This document shows positions 59,857 to 64,000 of a stretch of DNA of 64,000 nucleotides, in pieces. The stretch's first letter is position 1, and every line of letters begins with the position of its first letter. A program made the translations under genes and the position numbers. Under the pieces are notes generated by a model. That model saw only the letters and a program-made list of their open reading frames with translations, searched no databases and was not told the DNA's origin. The DNA is from Dorea sp. CAG:317 (GTDB lineage: Bacteria; Bacillota; Clostridia; Lachnospirales; Lachnospiraceae): contig FR892671.1 in the NCBI GenBank assembly GCA_000433535.1, forward strand, positions 159,569 through 223,568. Direction: 5' to 3'.

Positions 59857-61176
59857 TTACAACCTGCCAAGCAATTCTTCTTTTGTATTTAGCTCCGGTT
59901 CTTCCAACACCAGTTCCAGAAACTCATTCAGCTTCTTTCCTATTTCTTTGCCCGGTTTCATGCCGGCAGCAATCAGATCACTTCCGTTTACCGCAAGCAT
60001 TCCAAGAGACACACATTGCCCTGCCTCTGTGATTTCCTCATACAGACGAGTGATCTCTTGAATATTTTCCAGCTTCTCCTCTCTCTGATACGTACTCTGT
60101 GCCAGCGTATCTGCCTGACGAACCTCCAGATAAGAGGAAAATAATTCCGTTCCGATCTTCGCCATTGCCCGGCGGACATTCTTCTCCTTTGCCGGCATAC
60201 GGTAATCATGAAAGTATACAAGATGGGATACCTTTCGAAGCGTATCATTGTCAAACTTCAGTCTCTTAAGCACCGTTTTTGTAATCTCCTGACTTTTGAA
60301 GGCATGATTTTTAAAATGCGCCACGCCTTCGGCATCTACTGTTTTAAGCGCCGGTTTCCCCATATCATGGAACAACATCGTAAGCCGGAGCACTTTATCA
60401 CTGCGTATATTCTGCATGGCATGCAATGTATGCTCTCCTACGTTATACATATGATGCGGCGTCTCCTGCTCCGTCTTCATAAGTTCATCAAATTCCGGCA
60501 GGAACTGCGCAGTAATCCCAAGCTCATATGCGGTCCGAAGAAGCTCCGGGCGGTCAGACACCAACATCTTAACAAGCTCCACCTGAATCCGCTCGGCACT
60601 GATATTCTGAAGCGTAGGCGCAAGCGTCTTCATACCTTCCTTCGTCTCCTCATCAATAGCGAACCCAAGCTGTGCCGCGAACCTGACACCTCTTAAAATC
60701 CGAAGAGCATCCTCAGAAAATCGTTCTTTTGCGTTTCCCACACATCGGATAACCTTCTTTTGCAGATCCTCCAGACCTCCAAAGATATCTACCAGGCCGT
60801 CTTTTTCATTATATGCCATCGCATTGATCGTAAAATCTCTGCGCAGAAGATCGTCTTTTAAATTTCTTGTAAATGTCACCTCGGAGGGATGTCTGCTGTC
60901 TTCGTATTTTCCGTCAATGCGGTAAGTCGTAACTTCAAATCCTTCCTGCTCCAAGAGCACCGTCACCGTTCCATGCTCAATGCCTGTATCGAAAGTCTTT
61001 CGAAACAGCGCCTTCGTCTCTTCCGGCATAGCAGACGTGGTAATATCCCAGTCCTCCGGGGCTCTTCCCAGAATCGAATCTCTCACGCAGCCTCCCACGG
61101 CATAGGCTTCGAATCCATGTTCCTGTAACGTTTTTATAATTGTATGAACCTTCGGGGGTAATAAAATCTTAATCAT
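59857..61176 (-). CDS. cca: CCA tRNA nucleotidyltransferase with HD domain
   Basis: The Pol-beta NT motif GGCVRD and an HD motif (LFHDMGK) are present. It is 439 aa. Confidence 0.9.
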   Translation of the reverse strand: MIKILLPPKVHTIIKTLQEHGFEAYAVGGCVRDSILGRAPEDWDITTSAMPEETKALFRKTFDTGIEHGTVTVLLEQEGFEVTTYRIDGKYEDSRHPSEVTFTRNLKDDLLRRDFTINAMAYNEKDGLVDIFGGLEDLQKKVIRCVGNAKERFSEDALRILRGVRFAAQLGFAIDEETKEGMKTLAPTLQNISAERIQVELVKMLVSDRPELLRTAYELGITAQFLPEFDELMKTEQETPHHMYNVGEHTLHAMQNIRSDKVLRLTMLFHDMGKPALKTVDAEGVAHFKNHAFKSQEITKTVLKRLKFDNDTLRKVSHLVYFHDYRMPAKEKNVRRAMAKIGTELFSSYLEVRQADTLAQSTYQREEKLENIQEITRLYEEITEAGQCVSLGMLAVNGSDLIAAGMKPGKEIGKKLNEFLELVLEEPELNTKEELLGRL

Positions 61177-61595
61177 GCTCGCAGAAGTTCCTCCATCAGT
61201 TTCTTCTGATATTCCGGCTCCGTTGCCGCTTTGATAATATCCGCTGTGCGATTCTGCTCAGCCAGAATCTTATTCAGAGCGTTAATGCGCTGAGCTGCTT
61301 CTTCCGCTGCTTTTTCTACATCTTCCGCAAACAACTCATGTAATGCCTCACACATATATCTTTCCTCCTCAATCTTCTCCTTATTTGCACGAACGATCAG
61401 ATCCATAACTGCCTGATAATAATGGGATGATTTTCTTTCTTCATACCGTCTTACCAGTTCATTGATTTCTTCACTTCCCTCCAGATTTGTCCGAAGGTTT
61501 TCTTCACTCTCCAGCTGCCTTCTTTTTTCACAATCAGTATGTCCAGCTGCATCAAACGCCGGATGCCACTGGAGTTTTCCTGTATTTTGTACCAT
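61173..61595 (-). CDS. Hypothetical charged helical protein, translationally coupled to cca by an ATGA overlap
   Basis: It is 140 aa with coding-like composition. Its stop overlaps the cca start. Confidence 0.5.
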   Translation of the reverse strand: MVQNTGKLQWHPAFDAAGHTDCEKRRQLESEENLRTNLEGSEEINELVRRYEERKSSHYYQAVMDLIVRANKEKIEEERYMCEALHELFAEDVEKAAEEAAQRINALNKILAEQNRTADIIKAATEPEYQKKLMEELLRA

Positions 61596-61787
61596 AGATT
61601 TCTCCTTTCAGTATAATACAACTACATATTTTCATGCAACTAAAATTGGATTTACCGAAAGCTGATAAAAACCAGTTCGGAAGCCGTTTGGCTTATCTTG
61701 AATCATTTACAGAAGCAGGAATTGCTTCTGAGAATTTTGTGTATGACCACTATAATAAATCAGTCTGTAAAAGTCAAGTCACTTTTA

Positions 61788-61826
61788 AGAAAGAAAAAAC
61801 GAAGTGACCGCACTCGGTCACTTCGC
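61788..61826 (-). terminator. Terminator after proS
   Basis: The stem gaagtgaccg-cact-cggtcacttc is followed on the minus strand by gttttttctttc. Confidence 0.6.
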
Positions 61827-61865
61827 CATATACTAAAATAAACCCTATGATGCTGAAAACAGCTC

Positions 61866-63305
61866 TTAGTAAGATTTTCCCCAGTATGCCATGTGTTTTG
61901 CAGGTTTTCCACAGTAAATACATTTATCGGAAATCATTTCTTCATCCTCGATCAGGCATCGTGTTGCCGCTCCGCCTGTTGCGTATTTTACTTCACCTTC
62001 ACATTCCGGATCTCCACACCAGCATGCTTTTACAAAACCACGATTTGCTTTGAATTTCTCTACCATTTCATCCATAGTTACCGCTGTATCGATGTGGTTG
62101 TCAAGGAATTCCTTAGCTCTGTCATACATATCCTGCTGTTCCTGCTCTAAGATTTCACGCAGTTTTACTGCAATGTCATCCAGAGATACGACAATCTTCT
62201 CACGTGTATCACGACGAACAACAACAACCTGATTTTTCTCGATATCTTTTGGTCCGATCTCGATACGGGTTGGAATACCAAGGATCTCCTGCTCTGAGAA
62301 CTTCCATCCAGGGCTCTTCTCAGAATCATCGATCTTCACGCGGTATCCTGCTTTCTTAAGCTCGTCAAGTAATGCGTATGCACGGTCAAGCACACCTTCT
62401 TTGTGCTGCGCGATCGGAATCACTCTACACTCAACCGGCGCAACGTGTGGTGGAAGAACAAGTCCGTCATCATCACCGTGAACCATGATAAGCGCTCCGA
62501 TACTTCTTGTGGACCATCCCCATGATGTCTCGTATACACTGTGAGGTTCATTGTTTTTATCAATATATTTGATACCAAATGCATCCGGGAATCCACTTCC
62601 GAAGAAATGGCTTGTTGCAGACTGCAATGCCTTACCGTCATGCATCAATGCTTCTACTGTATAAGTGTCCTGAGCTCCGGCAAATTTCTCGTGTTCTGCT
62701 TTTCTTCCTGATACATAAGGAATCGCCATTGTCTCTCTGTAGCAGTCTTCATAGACATGGAACATCTGAATTGTACGTTCTTCCGCTTCTTCATATGTTG
62801 CGTGAATAGTATGTCCTTCCTGCCACAGGAATTCTCTGGAACGAAGGAAAGGTCTTGTTGTCTTCTCCCAACGAAGTACGCTGTTCCACTGGTTCCATAC
62901 TTTCGGAAGATCGCGATAAGATTTTACTGTTCTTGCCCACAGGTCACAGAATAAAGTCTCAGAGGTAGGACGGATACAAAGTCTTTCCTGTAATCTCTCC
63001 ATACCACCGTGTGTTACCCATGCAACTTCCGGTGCAAATCCGTCAATGTGATCTGCTTCTTTCTCTAAAAGACTCTCTGGAATTAAAAGTGGTAAAGATA
63101 CATTTTCTACCCCAGTCTCTTTAAAACGTCTGTCCAAGTCTGCCTGGATCAGTTCCCAGATTGCATAACCATTCGGCAGATAGTTGAGACATCCTTTTAC
63201 ACTTGAATAATCACAAAGTTCTGCTTCGCGCACAACATCTGTATACCACTGCGCGAAATTTTCATCACGAGGTGTGATGTTTTTGACCAATTTTTCTTTT
63301 GCCAT
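61866..63305 (-). CDS. proS: Proline--tRNA ligase (archaeal/eukaryotic-type class II, no editing domain)
   Basis: It is about 480 aa and has a C-terminal zinc-binding domain (CIYCGK). An AAGGAG RBS lies 9 nt before the ATG (MAKEKLV). Confidence 0.9.
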   Translation of the reverse strand: MAKEKLVKNITPRDENFAQWYTDVVREAELCDYSSVKGCLNYLPNGYAIWELIQADLDRRFKETGVENVSLPLLIPESLLEKEADHIDGFAPEVAWVTHGGMERLQERLCIRPTSETLFCDLWARTVKSYRDLPKVWNQWNSVLRWEKTTRPFLRSREFLWQEGHTIHATYEEAEERTIQMFHVYEDCYRETMAIPYVSGRKAEHEKFAGAQDTYTVEALMHDGKALQSATSHFFGSGFPDAFGIKYIDKNNEPHSVYETSWGWSTRSIGALIMVHGDDDGLVLPPHVAPVECRVIPIAQHKEGVLDRAYALLDELKKAGYRVKIDDSEKSPGWKFSEQEILGIPTRIEIGPKDIEKNQVVVVRRDTREKIVVSLDDIAVKLREILEQEQQDMYDRAKEFLDNHIDTAVTMDEMVEKFKANRGFVKACWCGDPECEGEVKYATGGAATRCLIEDEEMISDKCIYCGKPAKHMAYWGKSY

Positions 63306-63334
63306 GTTTCTCTTCTCCTTTTCATACATTTTCG

Positions 63335-63640
63335 CGAAGCCCTTGCCCCGCCTTATATTTTATGAAGAGCGCATCCTGTTGGAAATAAAAAACGCCAAAC
63401 CTTTGCGCTCCCTGCGAAAGGGACCGAAAAGCTCGGCGGTACCACCCTAGTTAACTGTAACCCACTTACAGTTCTCTCATTTATCGTTATCGCTGATAAG
63501 CGCTGTATTTTCATACAGAGGCTCCAAGGCCGGTTCCATATAAGTGTTAGGCAGAAATCTCGCACCATCTGATTTCCTCTCTGAGCCGGCTTACATGTAC
63601 TAATCCTCTTCACAGCCAAAAATCTTGAGTTAAACGTAAT
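63335..63640 (-). ncRNA. T-box riboswitch leader upstream of proS
   Basis: The minus strand contains the conserved T-box sequence AGGGTGGTACCGCCG. On the plus strand this is cggcggtaccaccct at 63435-63449. A downstream terminator and antiterminator arrangement and a U-run are present. Confidence 0.7.
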
Positions 63641-63746
63641 TTTAATCTATCCCCCTTCGTTTGTCAAGGGCTGAAATCCCTTCGTATTTCTGACATTTTC
63701 CTATTCAATCTTTTTTTCTTTATACTCCAATGCTATAATAAAGCAC

Positions 63747-64000
63747 ATGAAGCATATAAGAAAATGTATCCTGCTGCTGATCTGTCTGCTGACTGCATCC
63801 GCAGGCCTGTCGGCGTGCAGTTCCAAAGAAGAACAAAAGCAGGACGTAACCCAAACAGAAAAACAAATGAATACAGACAAAAATTTTTCTGCAGCCGCTA
63901 AGAAACTGCAGCCTGTAAAAGTGACTGACACCGCATTTACAAGACTGTCCCGGACAGAGCTTCAGATTTCATGGTCGGATTCTCTCAATCCTTATGTCAC
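63747..64000 (+). CDS. Lipoprotein, 5' partial in this window (it continues past the window end)
   Basis: MKHIRKCILLLICLLTASAGLSACSS gives a lipobox LSAC. The frame stays open to the window edge. It is absent from the ORF track because no stop codon falls in the window. Confidence 0.5.
   Translation, partial: MKHIRKCILLLICLLTASAGLSACSSKEEQKQDVTQTEKQMNTDKNFSAAAKKLQPVKVTDTAFTRLSRTELQISWSDSLNPYV

Noticed and set aside
63353-63619. An 88-aa minus-strand ORF from the ORF track
   Set aside because: It lies entirely within the proS T-box leader. It has no RBS and low-complexity composition. I judged it spurious.
63701-63931. A 76-aa minus-strand ORF
   Set aside because: The plus strand shows a much better lipoprotein gene with an MKHIRK...LSAC lipobox, starting at 63747 and running off the window. 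The minus-strand ORF is its antisense shadow.
1-64000. Mobile elements, prophage, toxin-antitoxin, restriction-modification or other defence islands
   Set aside because: I found no transposase, integrase, recombinase or phage structural signatures, no terminal inverted repeats and no tRNA integration sites. The accessory content here is metabolic rather than mobile.

Overview
This 64-kb window looks like a chromosomal segment from a low-GC Gram-positive anaerobe, probably Clostridia or Lachnospiraceae. About 75 genes are tightly packed, most of them on the minus strand. The core content is as follows. There is a complete V/A-type ATPase operon in the order ntpG-C-I-K-F-E-A-B-D. There are also proC, trmB, a thioredoxin-like gene and glgB. 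A decarboxylase, guanylate-kinase-like gene, holB, ricT(yaaT) and a methyltransferase form a block in the yaaO-tmk-holB-yaaT position. A division/sporulation neighbourhood runs ftsH, hpt, tilS, a SpoIIE-like PP2C gene, divIC, yabQ, yabP, a yabO-like gene and hup. cca, mtnN, a GH13 amylase, and proS with a T-box leader are also present. The accessory content is as follows. There is a melibiose/raffinose-type locus with an AraC/MsmR-like regulator, a GPH symporter and a GH36 alpha-galactosidase, plus a standalone msmK. bioY sits behind a promoter that overlaps a BirA-box-like inverted repeat. An aconitase lies next to a PucR-type regulator. A PnuC, PfkB kinase and ADP-ribosylglycohydrolase operon has a divergent HutC-type regulator and twin palindromic operators. 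This resembles E. coli yegTUV and is a candidate riboside salvage system. A TRAP transporter, Asp/Glu-racemase-family gene, FadR-type GntR, cupin, BKACE and DUF1537-kinase island has a 15-bp repeat operator and no substrate I can assign. A 973-aa protein combines TPR-like repeats, a coiled coil, a polyacidic tract and a P-loop domain, and it carries in-frame DNA tandem repeats. Finally, there is a 1.1-kb AT-rich non-coding tract. I saw no rRNA, tRNA, CRISPR array, transposase or integrase. All protein calls rest on my reading of motifs in the supplied translations. I ran no database searches.
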